64,000 nt of DNA from an uncultured Ardenticatenia bacterium. Lineage in GTDB: Bacteria; Chloroflexota; Anaerolineae; 4572-78; NAK82. The notes under the pieces are model-generated. The model saw only the letters and a list, made by a program, of their open reading frames with translations. It ran no database searches and was not told where the DNA came from. Made by a program: the position numbers and the translations under genes. This document shows, piece after piece, positions 48,306 to 57,990 of this stretch (within the stretch, counting starts at the first letter, position 1; every line of letters begins with the position of its first letter). The DNA lies in NCBI GenBank assembly GCA_937127125.1, contig CAKZLO010000034.1, forward strand, positions 17,257 through 81,256, written 5' to 3'.

Positions 48306-48856
48306 GATTGTGCCTCCCCATCCACCCGACTGCGCTCGCTGCTGGCCTTCCCTCGTTCCATATGTTCTATACGCCACAGTCGGTATACGATCAGAAGTAT
48401 CCCGATTGTAATCGAAGCGTCCGCGAGGTTGAAGATAGGCCAGAAACTGATGTCAATGAAGTCGATTACATACCCCAGACGTAGACGGTCGAGCAGATTG
48501 CCAATTGCTCCACCCAGCTGCAATCCCAAGCTGATTCGGATGAGCCAGTCTCCGGCGGGCAGCTGACGATAGTAGACCACAATAGCTATTACGACGGCCA
48601 CTGCGATCAGAATGAAAAGATTGCCCTGATTAGGCAATATACCAAATGCTGCACCGCTGTTGGTGGTATGAGTAATGCGGAAGAGGTCTCCCAGCTCGCC
48701 CGGCAAAGGGCTCCACCAATGTCCTTCAGGCAGCGATGCCACTACCCAGGATTTACTGAGCTGATCTAGGCCGACAACGGTGACCGCAAGCAAGGCTAAC
48801 AGCAAGAAAGGCAAACTTCCCTTCCAACTTGTTGTGCGAGCAAGTGGGTTTGCCAT
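48302..48856 (-). CDS. lspA: Lipoprotein signal peptidase II
   Basis: LDQLSK, NSGAAFG and IFNLADASI (catalytic Asp region), with 4 TM segments. The start is taken at ATG 48856. Confidence 0.85.
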   Translation of the reverse strand: MANPLARTTSWKGSLPFLLLALLAVTVVGLDQLSKSWVVASLPEGHWWSPLPGELGDLFRITHTTNSGAAFGILPNQGNLFILIAVAVVIAIVVYYRQLPAGDWLIRISLGLQLGGAIGNLLDRLRLGYVIDFIDISFWPIFNLADASITIGILLIVYRLWRIEHMERGKASSERSRVDGEAQS

Positions 48857-48986
48857 ATCTCTGTCCTCCAAATATCGCTTATGGATTGTAATGCACGTGC
48901 AAGGAGGGTGCAAGGATGGTCGAAGTCGGATGGTAAGTGCACATTCTAGCGCTTCTTTAGCTAGCGTTTGGGGCAGGCTCCTTCGC

Positions 48987-49640
48987 CTACAGGCATTCGG
49001 TCCGTTTCAATGTCAAGGTTTCACATTCAGCCTGAAAAGACAACTGACTACAAAAAGATTGCCAATCCTCAGGGGTGTCTAGGTCGAATGCCAGAGTCGG
49101 GGTTCGCAGAACGGTAGGCCGAACACCAATCAAGCGCGCAGAGGCCAGATGGCGGGGAAAGCTCGCTGGTCCGAATGCGAACGGAATAAGCAACGGCGGT
49201 CGCATCAGCAGTGCATTTGTCCCTATGCTTCGTCGACACGGAGCGATAACCACGGCAGGCGCATCAGTTGCTAGGCGTAGCAACGTTTGTACATCCCTAT
49301 CCGTAAGAAAGGGCAGATCGGTTGGCAGTACCAGAATTCCATCGGCACCACAAGCAGATGCAAAGTGACTTGCTTGTGTGAGCGCAGCGTTCAGATCACT
49401 ACCCTCTTCTTTCAATGGCAAGCCTCCTCCCATTTGTGTGTCCTTGAGCACCCGCGGATCACGGCTGATCACCACTACGCGGGCAAAGTGACGTCGCGTC
49501 AGACGTAGCACGCGGCTGAGCAACCAACGGCTCAGCCACATGCGTTGGGTAACATTGAGACAGGCCGCTAGGCGCGTTTTTGCCTCTTGGTAAGGCTTGC
49601 ATGGCACAATGCACACAATGGAGACAGATCCACTGGGCAT
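48987..49640 (-). CDS. cofC: 2-phospho-L-lactate guanylyltransferase (F420 biosynthesis, CofC/FbiD-like)
   Basis: IVPCKPYQEAKTRLA, LPTDLPFL and GTNALL patterns of the CofC family. It lies immediately downstream of cofD. Confidence 0.65.
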   Translation of the reverse strand: MPSGSVSIVCIVPCKPYQEAKTRLAACLNVTQRMWLSRWLLSRVLRLTRRHFARVVVISRDPRVLKDTQMGGGLPLKEEGSDLNAALTQASHFASACGADGILVLPTDLPFLTDRDVQTLLRLATDAPAVVIAPCRRSIGTNALLMRPPLLIPFAFGPASFPRHLASARLIGVRPTVLRTPTLAFDLDTPEDWQSFCSQLSFQAECETLTLKRTECL

Positions 49641-49647
49641 ATGCTGA

Positions 49648-50661
49648 TCAACCTTGCAGGGCAAATTGGAGGATTTCGCGTGCTAGGCGCGCACGATCTG
49701 GTTCGTCGCGCATTATGATGTCAGTTGCCAGGGTACGGATACCCATCTGCTCAGCAATCACAGCAGCGCACGGAACATCCTGACGGTCAAGCACAAAGCC
49801 GGTGAGTAGATCACGATAGTGTGCCGCGACTGTCACAGGTGAAGCTTCCATGTTCAGCTCGTTCATCATCTTGGCAGCAGGTCCTTTAAGGGCCCGTCCT
49901 GCCACAATGGGAGAGATGGCGATGCGTGGCGCACGCACAGTGCTCAGGATACGTCGCATTGCTGGCAACGCGAGAATAGGGTCCAAGCTGACGAACGGGT
50001 TGGAGGGTCCAAACAAGATCACATCGGCGTTGCGCAGCGCACTGACTACCTCTCGTGTAGGCTGTGCTTGCTCAATCCCCTCAAAGCGGACACCCTTTAT
50101 CCTTGGCTGCCATGCGTAGCGCACGAAATACTCTTGGAAGGCTATTTCCCCATTTTCTGTAAGTACTCGTGTATGGACTGGATCGTCGCTCATCGGCAGT
50201 ATCGTCTGAGGCACACCCAGCAGCCAACACAATTGACGGGTGACCCAAGTGAGCGGAAATCCCTCGCGCAACCATTGGCTACGCAACAAATGGGTGGCCA
50301 GATCGCGATCGCCCAAGCGAAACCAAGTGGGTGCTTCGTAACAAGCCAGCATGGCGAGCGTATTCCACGTGTCATCTTTTATACCCCAGCCGGTCTCAGG
50401 GTTCACCAGGCCGGCGAGCGTGTACATCACTGTATCCAGGTCCGGCGAGATATGCAGTCCCAGATGTTCAAAGTCATCGGCGGTGTTGACCACGAATGTC
50501 AAACGTTCCGGAGGCAACAACTGTGCTAATCCGGAGGCCAGCTTGGCGCCACCTACTCCTCCGAGCAATGCCACAATATTAACTTCAGGGAGCTCGGAGT
50601 TAACAACTTGCGCAATTGAAGTGTCTTGTCTCTCTTCTTCGTGGTGTACTGCTGCATCCAT
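49648..50661 (-). CDS. cofD: 2-phospho-L-lactate transferase (F420 biosynthesis)
   Basis: 337 aa with LLGGVGGAKLA, NTADDFEHLGLHISPDLD and GPSNPFVS motifs. Confidence 0.85.
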   Translation of the reverse strand: MDAAVHHEEERQDTSIAQVVNSELPEVNIVALLGGVGGAKLASGLAQLLPPERLTFVVNTADDFEHLGLHISPDLDTVMYTLAGLVNPETGWGIKDDTWNTLAMLACYEAPTWFRLGDRDLATHLLRSQWLREGFPLTWVTRQLCWLLGVPQTILPMSDDPVHTRVLTENGEIAFQEYFVRYAWQPRIKGVRFEGIEQAQPTREVVSALRNADVILFGPSNPFVSLDPILALPAMRRILSTVRAPRIAISPIVAGRALKGPAAKMMNELNMEASPVTVAAHYRDLLTGFVLDRQDVPCAAVIAEQMGIRTLATDIIMRDEPDRARLAREILQFALQG

Positions 50662-50804
50662 GGCCTTTTGAGGGCTCCATCTTTTACGGTTGGTTTAGTG
50701 CAAAGTATATACTTCGCCTGCAGAACATCTCAAATGATAGACAAGCCTAACATCAACAGCTGTTTGCTATGCTATGTACCGGCGCCATATGCTTGCATTG
50801 CAGC

Positions 50805-51797
50805 TCAGCTCATTCCCGCTTGATGTAGCAACTTGAGCGCGTACAGTGCTCGCAATGTTACCCATTTGTTGGCGCAGCCGAGTTCACCGAAACTGGCCCA
50901 CATTTTGCTGGGCGTACGTTCCAGAGGCCATTTACCCTCAGTAAGCTGCTTGTTTAACAACCAAGGAAGACACTCTTGCACATACGGATGTTTTGCATAG
51001 CCTGCCAACGCCAGCACAGTCATTGCCTCGAGCAGGTCAGCTTGGCAAGTCAGAGGAAATGCCAGAGCAAACCACAATGGGCTGACCGAGCTGCTGGTCG
51101 GATATGCTGCTTCGAGCAATGGCTTGGAAAGGAGTAGCTCTATTCCACACTCAATTGCGGCGTTGATATCTGCTGTCCGCCGTTTTGTGTCCAGATCCAA
51201 GAAAGCGTGAAGCATTTTCACTGCGCCCCAAGCACACGGCAAATATTGATTGTTTGTACACGCGAATGCGTGCTTAACGGCCTCTCGCGCTGTGGCTTCA
51301 CGGGCTTGAATCACTCGCGGATCATCCGTATAGCTGAGCCGCTGGAACGCCCACAAGAGTGCACCGTCGAGGCAGTTGAGCCTAACGCGAGACGCGTGAC
51401 CAGCAACGAAACGTCCTGTAGAAGGACATCGGCCTCTTTTCAGTATGTGCTCGCAAGCACGCTGTAGTGGTGGGATGAGCGGGGTACCCAGCTGAGCTAG
51501 AAACAGAACTTGCCACATTGTGGCACGATGTCGGGGGCTGTACATCGCCTCTGGTCTGATCCAGTAACCACCGTGCACCTGCGTACCGTTGGATGAGACC
51601 GGGTACTGAGCTTCCAATATGTGCAGAGCAGGTGACACGCTGGGGATATCGTTTCGTGCTGCATGCACCTCTAGTGCATTAGATGGTAGCTCCAGCAATT
51701 GCGTCAACGCCAGATAGCGCGCCGAGGGATTCTCCTCTTGCAGCAACCAATCAAGCGCCCGATCGCGTAACACGAAGTAACATTCCGCTCGCTTCAT
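50805..51797 (-). CDS. Hypothetical protein, probably an alpha/alpha-toroid (prenyltransferase/terpene-cyclase-like) repeat fold
   Basis: ~330 aa and helical, with recurring aromatic/Gly-containing repeats and a C-terminal KWVTLRALYALK. The assignment is by resemblance only. Confidence 0.35.
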   Translation of the reverse strand: MKRAECYFVLRDRALDWLLQEENPSARYLALTQLLELPSNALEVHAARNDIPSVSPALHILEAQYPVSSNGTQVHGGYWIRPEAMYSPRHRATMWQVLFLAQLGTPLIPPLQRACEHILKRGRCPSTGRFVAGHASRVRLNCLDGALLWAFQRLSYTDDPRVIQAREATAREAVKHAFACTNNQYLPCAWGAVKMLHAFLDLDTKRRTADINAAIECGIELLLSKPLLEAAYPTSSSVSPLWFALAFPLTCQADLLEAMTVLALAGYAKHPYVQECLPWLLNKQLTEGKWPLERTPSKMWASFGELGCANKWVTLRALYALKLLHQAGMS

Positions 51798-51859
51798 CCG
51801 TCGCCTGTGATGTTCCAAGATTATGGGGAGGTAATGAAATCCTCGGCTTTTTTTCGTTC

Positions 51860-52642
51860 TTAGTTTGCATCCAACAGTGCACGCGCCGTGCATAGTACTG
51901 TGTCCAACATGCGAGGGGAAAGTCGTCCGGTTTGCGTGTTCTGTCGGCTGGGGTGATAGGAAGATATCAGATGTATGGACGTGCCCCAATTGCGATGTAC
52001 CACGCGGTAGTGCTGTCCGTGGGCGAAATGGATTCGAGGGACATCATAGCCATGTTCTGTGAGTAATTGTCGACACCCCTCAAAAGCTAATTGGCCCAAA
52101 GCGATCATTACGCGTATCCTGCGCAATAACTGCCATTCTCGGGCCAGAAATTGGCCGCAGGCTTCGATCTCATCCTTCGCTGGTCGATTGGCGGGTGGCA
52201 CACAACGCACGATTGCCGTGAGGAAAGCATTGCGAAGTACGAGGCCATCATCACGATGAGTGGCCTGCGGCTGACTGGCGAAGCCGGCGCGATACAATGT
52301 AGCATACAGTGTATCACCGGAACTGTCGCCGGTGAACATACGACCAGTGCGGTTGGAGCCGTGAGCTCCTGGTGCCAATCCCACAATTAGCAGGCGAGCA
52401 TCATAATCCCCAAAGCCGGGCACCGGTTGACCCCAATATTCCCAGTCCTTGTAAGCGCGCCGTTTCTCGCGGGCTACTTGCTCACGCCAGTGCACCAGAC
52501 GTGGACAGCGGCGACATTGTACGATCTCAGTGACCAATCGTTGCCACTCGGACAACATCCCGTGATCGCATTTGTCCGTAGTGGAGTTATCGCTGGGATG
52601 TTGCATGACCGGCGAGCAAACAGGCAACTCAGGATCTCTCAT
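51860..52642 (-). CDS. Uracil-DNA glycosylase, family 4/5 superfamily (motif fits family 5/UDGb)
   Basis: FeS cysteines (CRRCPRL) and motif A, GLAPGAHGSNRTGRMFTGD, as opposed to GE(A/G)PG in family 4. The ATG overlaps the upstream stop (ATGA at 52639-52642). Confidence 0.75.
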   Translation of the reverse strand: MRDPELPVCSPVMQHPSDNSTTDKCDHGMLSEWQRLVTEIVQCRRCPRLVHWREQVAREKRRAYKDWEYWGQPVPGFGDYDARLLIVGLAPGAHGSNRTGRMFTGDSSGDTLYATLYRAGFASQPQATHRDDGLVLRNAFLTAIVRCVPPANRPAKDEIEACGQFLAREWQLLRRIRVMIALGQLAFEGCRQLLTEHGYDVPRIHFAHGQHYRVVHRNWGTSIHLISSYHPSRQNTQTGRLSPRMLDTVLCTARALLDAN

Positions 52643-55600
52643 TTCCTCTCGCCGGCGAATTGTAGCGGAGGCGGAAACTCAAGCAAGCGGTGATTGTCCG
52701 AGTCGACGACGAGAAGGTTGCCATTGGCCTCGAATGCCATTCCCAAGGGCAAAGCGAAAGAGACCATGTCTGCTCCGTACTGGCCAAAACTCAGTAAGAA
52801 GTTGCCTTGAGAGTCAAACACTAGAATGCGGTAGCGCTCTGGGTCGCTGCAATACACATTCCCTTGGCTGTCCACGCGCACGTAGGGCTTGTTTACCACC
52901 GATTGACTCTCCCAGCTCTCAATCGACCACTGACGCAGAGGCACCATCTCTGCCGAGAACGCTTGGATGCGGCGATTCCAAGTGTCCGCCACGTAAATAG
53001 TTCCATCTGGCGCAAAAGCTAGACTGGTTGGTTCATCGAAGCGTCCAGGTAGGATGCCAGCACCACCCCATTGGGCAATGAACTCACCATCCGCTGTGAA
53101 TTTTTGGATGCGCTTGTTGCCGGTATCGGCTACATAGACGTTACCCTCAGCATCGATGGCGAGGTCACGTGGTCCCCAGAAGCCGCCTGGGTCGCGGTCA
53201 GCCTCTCCTCTTGTGTCGGCAAAGTAACCCCAAGCGAAGAGGAACTTACCTTCCAGATCAAAGACCTGGATGCGATGATTCCATGTATCTGATACGTACA
53301 CGCGACCGTCACGCGTATTGACAGCGATGCCCCATGGTTCCTGGAACTCACCTGGCCCGCTACCGCTGCTACCCCACCGGAGTACCACATTGCCGTCAGC
53401 GTCAAACACCTGAATGCGGTTGTTACCGCTATCTGCAACATACCAGAGACCGTCTGCACCTACGGCGACAGTCCGCGGCGTAGTGAGTTGCCCTGCACCG
53501 GCGCCGTGGCTGCCGATGGCGCGCTTCGCTTGTATTTCGCGGTGTTTCGTCGCGTATGGCTCGGTGGGCATTTCGGCTGGCACCGGGCCGGTATGATAGT
53601 CCCACAGTTGATTCAGCACATCTTTGCGCACGTACATGTAAAAGCGATGCACATATGGCCACTGGTTCTTAGGTGTCCTATGACGATGGTAGAAAAAGAT
53701 CTCCCACAATTCTTTGCGATTCTCAAACACTTGGTTCCAAGCTGCCTGCCGTCCGACAGGATCCTCGGGCAGTGTCTCAGGCACAAAATAGGTGTGCCAT
53801 ATTTTGGCCGGGGTCTGATTCTTGTAAGTCTCTAGCGGCCACCACACCAACCGATAGTTAAAGCGCACATAGTTATCACCCAGGTAGGGGGTCACTTTGC
53901 TCTCGTTGGATAGCCCTACAATGACAATGGGTGCCTCCAAGTGTTGTCGTGAAGGTGTGTCTCCGTAATAAGTGCGATTGGGGTACTCGCGAAAATACCA
54001 CTCCAGCGGCCATGTTGATTCATTGTCATAAGCGACCTTAATCAGCTTGTCGCCTACTGTGCGCCGGGATATCTCCTCAATTTGCTGCATCGCTAATGTG
54101 ACATCAGGCGCCCCGTGGGCATAGAAGAGATATTCGCTTACGTTGTCGTAGTTGATAAACGAAACCAGCCAGGAAGAACGTGCGGTAAATATTGCCAGTA
54201 CAGCCAACAGTGTGAGGAAAACAACCCTTATGACCAGGAACCCTCCCAGCTGGCGCCCATAGTGGACTAATGCGTAGACGAGCAAGGCGATCACTACCAC
54301 ACTACCCAACCATTGGCCAGTGTCGCGCAGGTCCAGGAGTGAGTACCCGCGGAAAGGTTGTATACTGAACAGAGCCACTAATGCCAGTGCTGTCAGGGGC
54401 AGGAGTACAGCGAAAAGCACCCCTCCACGCTCCCAGAGCGCTTGCCATCGTCCTTGTAATCCGGTCAATACGCGCTCGCTGGTCCAGGCGGCCAGGAATA
54501 TGAGCGGCAAACTCATGTGGGTAGTCAACCACGGCATCTTCTCACCAGCCCAGCTGTAAATTAGGACAGCTGTGACCGTCCAATAGAGGAGAAAGGCGGG
54601 GAAGTATACGTGCAGTACGCTCTTCGCATCCAGTGACGCTCCATCAGTGGGTGTCTTCGCTTCATCTAAGTTGCGTTTTGTCAGCATCTGACGTGTGACG
54701 CGCAATCGGTGGGCCAGATACCATATTCCGCCGGCAGCCCCCACGAAGAAGGGCAAGAATTCGTACAGGGGCAGCAGCATCAGATAGTAATACCAAGGTT
54801 GGTTGCCTCGTTGTACATCCTGCTGGCTCAGCCAGTAGGAGAGCCCTCCCCATGTGCCAGAAATCAAGCCATATGGGTTGGTAAAGAAGGTGGTATACAG
54901 TACCACAAAAATTGCTAAACCTATCACTAAAGCGATACCGACCTCACGCAGAGGGAGAGAACGCAGCGCCTCGGTCATTGCACGAACGGGGAGAAGCTGT
55001 ACTCGTCTTTCTGTGGAAACGATCCCATCGGTGATGCTCAACGTCAGTGTCGTGGCAGCGAAGAAAAGACCAGTCACCAATACCAGCAGATGGATGATCT
55101 TCCAGACAGCTCGCGCACTCTCTTGGGGTATAGCATTTGTGTCAGCAGCAAGGCCGCCCACGAGTTGTTGCAGACCGCTTATCACTTGACGTGCCAGGTG
55201 GGGTGATCGATCTGCCCCAACGGGATCGGCATTGCCAAAGGTAAGCCAAAGGACCACTATACCTATTACTGCCGACACGGCCAAGCCAATCCAAAAGAGA
55301 CGACGACGCTGTGCCAGCGGGAGGTTTTCTAGCAAGGAAATCACCACTATGAAGGTGAAACCGATAAAGCCATGGATGTAGGCAATTTCCATAACTGTCA
55401 ACGACAATGCCACAGCAGCTGCTCCAATGTACAACCAGCGCTTCATCCGCTGGAAGTCGTTTTGCTGCCGAGCAGCCAGGTAGTGAAACAGGCTGAAGTA
55501 CATGATCAATGTAAAGAACTCATTGAAGATGTCATGGCGCAAGTGACGGCTGTAATGGGTGATAACCGGCGAGATAAGAATCATTGTGGAAGCAATCAGT

Positions 55601-56001
55601 GCACCCAAGCGCCCTAACCAAGGTCGAAACCAATAGGGCAACATCACCAGCCCCACGCCGAACAACGCTACACCAACACGCCCTACGTAGTTGTTGTCTC
55701 CAAACAAGAAGAACAAGAGGGCATTGAATTCAAATAGGAAGGGCCCGTGCATCATGGGGTCGTGGCGATATCCTTCCCCGTTGAAGAGCTTGTAGGAGTA
55801 TAGCATGTGCAAGCTCTCGTCGTGGCTGATAGCACGTGATCCCAAGTCATAGAAGCGCGTGAAGACAGCTAAGGCGAGCAACAACCCATATGCAATGGTC
55901 TCGCGATGCCTAATAATCCAGTGCCATAATGAATTACCTGTTACGTCTGCAGAGGGTGCGACATCTTGAGCATTTGGTACGACCTTGGAGATCATAACCA
56001 C
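52639..56001 (-). CDS. TIGR03663/Agl23-like GT-C-type membrane protein fused to a C-terminal six-bladed NHL-repeat domain
   Basis: 1120 aa. The N-terminal FTRFYDLGSRAISHDESLH (DE at 55816-55821) and MMHGPFLF (HGP at 55741-55749) match the invariant residues I recall for TIGR03663. There are more than 12 TM segments. Six NHL repeats occupy ~52650-53490 (VADSGNNRIQVFD, VSDTWNHRIQVFD, VADTGNKRIQKFT, VADTWNRRIQAFS, CSDPERYRILVFD, VVDSDNHRLLEFP). Confidence 0.75.
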   Translation of the reverse strand: MVMISKVVPNAQDVAPSADVTGNSLWHWIIRHRETIAYGLLLALAVFTRFYDLGSRAISHDESLHMLYSYKLFNGEGYRHDPMMHGPFLFEFNALLFFLFGDNNYVGRVGVALFGVGLVMLPYWFRPWLGRLGALIASTMILISPVITHYSRHLRHDIFNEFFTLIMYFSLFHYLAARQQNDFQRMKRWLYIGAAAVALSLTVMEIAYIHGFIGFTFIVVISLLENLPLAQRRRLFWIGLAVSAVIGIVVLWLTFGNADPVGADRSPHLARQVISGLQQLVGGLAADTNAIPQESARAVWKIIHLLVLVTGLFFAATTLTLSITDGIVSTERRVQLLPVRAMTEALRSLPLREVGIALVIGLAIFVVLYTTFFTNPYGLISGTWGGLSYWLSQQDVQRGNQPWYYYLMLLPLYEFLPFFVGAAGGIWYLAHRLRVTRQMLTKRNLDEAKTPTDGASLDAKSVLHVYFPAFLLYWTVTAVLIYSWAGEKMPWLTTHMSLPLIFLAAWTSERVLTGLQGRWQALWERGGVLFAVLLPLTALALVALFSIQPFRGYSLLDLRDTGQWLGSVVVIALLVYALVHYGRQLGGFLVIRVVFLTLLAVLAIFTARSSWLVSFINYDNVSEYLFYAHGAPDVTLAMQQIEEISRRTVGDKLIKVAYDNESTWPLEWYFREYPNRTYYGDTPSRQHLEAPIVIVGLSNESKVTPYLGDNYVRFNYRLVWWPLETYKNQTPAKIWHTYFVPETLPEDPVGRQAAWNQVFENRKELWEIFFYHRHRTPKNQWPYVHRFYMYVRKDVLNQLWDYHTGPVPAEMPTEPYATKHREIQAKRAIGSHGAGAGQLTTPRTVAVGADGLWYVADSGNNRIQVFDADGNVVLRWGSSGSGPGEFQEPWGIAVNTRDGRVYVSDTWNHRIQVFDLEGKFLFAWGYFADTRGEADRDPGGFWGPRDLAIDAEGNVYVADTGNKRIQKFTADGEFIAQWGGAGILPGRFDEPTSLAFAPDGTIYVADTWNRRIQAFSAEMVPLRQWSIESWESQSVVNKPYVRVDSQGNVYCSDPERYRILVFDSQGNFLLSFGQYGADMVSFALPLGMAFEANGNLLVVDSDNHRLLEFPPPLQFAGERK

Positions 56002-56033
56002 CTCATCTCAGCAGCTTGGTCAGATACTGACTG

Positions 56034-57935
56034 CTACTTTTCTAATGTGCTTGCAGCGGGTGGCTGTTTCACCCACAGCACCACTTTGTTGGAGAACGTT
56101 GGCTGCATCTCACGCAGCAAATACCAGCGAATGAACGCTCGAAATGGCATCGATGTGGGCTGCCAATAGTTGTGCACTATGAAGTCCTGGCCAGCATAAG
56201 GCTCATCTGTTAACAATGTGTCTTCAGGGGCAAGGATGACGTCGGGAAGGTGGAAGGATGAACCTGGCTGCTCATATTCCATCGGCAAACGTTCTAAAGA
56301 GTTTACCCAACGCACATTTGGGAAAGAACGCAATTGCCACTCCACCGCTGCACCCACAGCACGACTTGCCAAGAGGTCCACTAGGTAGGGGTCGTTTGCC
56401 TTCTTGGTGGAAACGAACTGTAGTACAGCTACCAGATCTCGCATGCCTTCACCTGCTGACGTGCGGACCAAAGGTTGGGAGGCATCCGCGACTGGAACAT
56501 AGTTAAGCCGCACCGCACTAGCTATCTGGAATAGGAATAATACAGCGATAATGGTAAATGCTGCACCTCTTAGAGCAGAGATTTTGTCATACCATTGCCA
56601 GTACACGACGACCAATGCCACGAACATTCCAATAGCTGCCAGTGGCTGCCAGACAACACCGTAACCGCTTGTATATATCATCAGTGTGACATAAGCGAAA
56701 GCAGCGACGGTTAGTCCGGTCAACACAACTGTCTTGTCGCGCTTCCAATCCTCTCGACTCTGTGCTGTTCCCGCCAGCTGCCCTATTGCCAGACCGGCCA
56801 GTAACGCTGCTGGCCACAGAGTCAGCAACACCTCGCCTGAGGAACGACTGGGACGCAGTGCATCCAGCAACACTCCACTACAGAACCACCATGCTAGGAA
56901 TATATGAAAGAACCGACGCCTTGTCAGAGCAATCCCCAAACCAAACAAGGCACTCAGCAGAGTGAGCGGCTCGTAAAGGCCGAGCAACCATAAAGATGGA
57001 TAAACGGGATCAATCACAGGTGGTGTCGCAAGACGTACTCCTCCTGCCTCTGGGGGCATAAAACCACGTGCCCACTCACCTATTTGATCCACTGTGGTCG
57101 CCAGGCCATTCAGATTGAGGAACAGACCGCTGGCTGCCGCGGCAGCTAGAATGAGAATCATCACCAGCGTCCTTCTTCGAGTGAGCAAAGCGGTGCGCAA
57201 GCAAGTGATTACTTCGCTCAACCACACGACACGCTTTCCACGGCTTGCCAATGATAAAGCTACAACGAACATTAGTAGCAGTCCCAGCCCTGAGCCAGCT
57301 AGGGGTGAGGAGATCACCATTAATGCTAACCCAGCAGCTGCCATCACTGCTCCAATACCCTGCCGACTGGCTACCTCGCCCTCCATGCGAACGAGGCCCA
57401 GAAGCACCAGTGCAGTACCCACGGTGGCAACGACATCGCCGTTTACCGTACGGGACAGATGCAATGCTGCTGGAGAAATACACAAGAGAACCCCAGCACT
57501 TATGGCGCCGACCCTGCCCACATAGCGACGCAATCCCAGCGGTAGGATAACCAACAATGCACCCGACACAGCGGGTGTGACCCGGGCAGTGAACTCGGTG
57601 GCACCCCACAATGCAAAAGTGATGAAGTTGACCGTTGCCAGTAATGGGCTGTAATGGCTGTAGCTGACCTCCTTGCCCTGATAGAGCTGCCAGCTTACCA
57701 GCGCTTGAGTTGCTTCGGCATCCGAGAGTGGTCGGGTCCCCAAATCGGCCAGCCGCGTCACCAACGCCAACAGTGCAAGCATAATCCATATGACAATCTC
57801 AATCTTGTCAAACGATTTTGCGCGAATTGGGGAGTCCGGCTCCACAGTATGGTCCGTGGTCATACGCTGAGAAGAGTGCGAGCGGATCGGGTCGGCAGAT
57901 TGATCTGGTAGTGACATCATAGGCAGGGATGTCAT
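56034..57935 (-). CDS. Degenerate TIGR03663/Agl23-like polytopic membrane paralogue
   Basis: 633 aa. It has the same architecture and the same post-TM domain as the downstream gene (EWQLRSFPN vs EWYFREYPN; NYWQP vs VWWP), but the signature residues are replaced (SDAEA for HDES; SHYSPL for MHGPF). Confidence 0.6.
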   Translation of the reverse strand: MTSLPMMSLPDQSADPIRSHSSQRMTTDHTVEPDSPIRAKSFDKIEIVIWIMLALLALVTRLADLGTRPLSDAEATQALVSWQLYQGKEVSYSHYSPLLATVNFITFALWGATEFTARVTPAVSGALLVILPLGLRRYVGRVGAISAGVLLCISPAALHLSRTVNGDVVATVGTALVLLGLVRMEGEVASRQGIGAVMAAAGLALMVISSPLAGSGLGLLLMFVVALSLASRGKRVVWLSEVITCLRTALLTRRRTLVMILILAAAAASGLFLNLNGLATTVDQIGEWARGFMPPEAGGVRLATPPVIDPVYPSLWLLGLYEPLTLLSALFGLGIALTRRRFFHIFLAWWFCSGVLLDALRPSRSSGEVLLTLWPAALLAGLAIGQLAGTAQSREDWKRDKTVVLTGLTVAAFAYVTLMIYTSGYGVVWQPLAAIGMFVALVVVYWQWYDKISALRGAAFTIIAVLFLFQIASAVRLNYVPVADASQPLVRTSAGEGMRDLVAVLQFVSTKKANDPYLVDLLASRAVGAAVEWQLRSFPNVRWVNSLERLPMEYEQPGSSFHLPDVILAPEDTLLTDEPYAGQDFIVHNYWQPTSMPFRAFIRWYLLREMQPTFSNKVVLWVKQPPAASTLEK

Positions 57936-57990
57936 TCTGTATGTCAGTGACTGATGAGAGCCCTATACATCATCTTCTTGACAATGCATC

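Noticed and set aside
57076-57789. A 237-aa same-strand alternative-frame ORF within the 633-aa membrane-protein gene. A similar case is 12958-13497 (179 aa) antisense to the 1576-aa gene.
   Set aside because: The annotated frames encode coherent TM helices and paralogous domains. The alternative frames do not.
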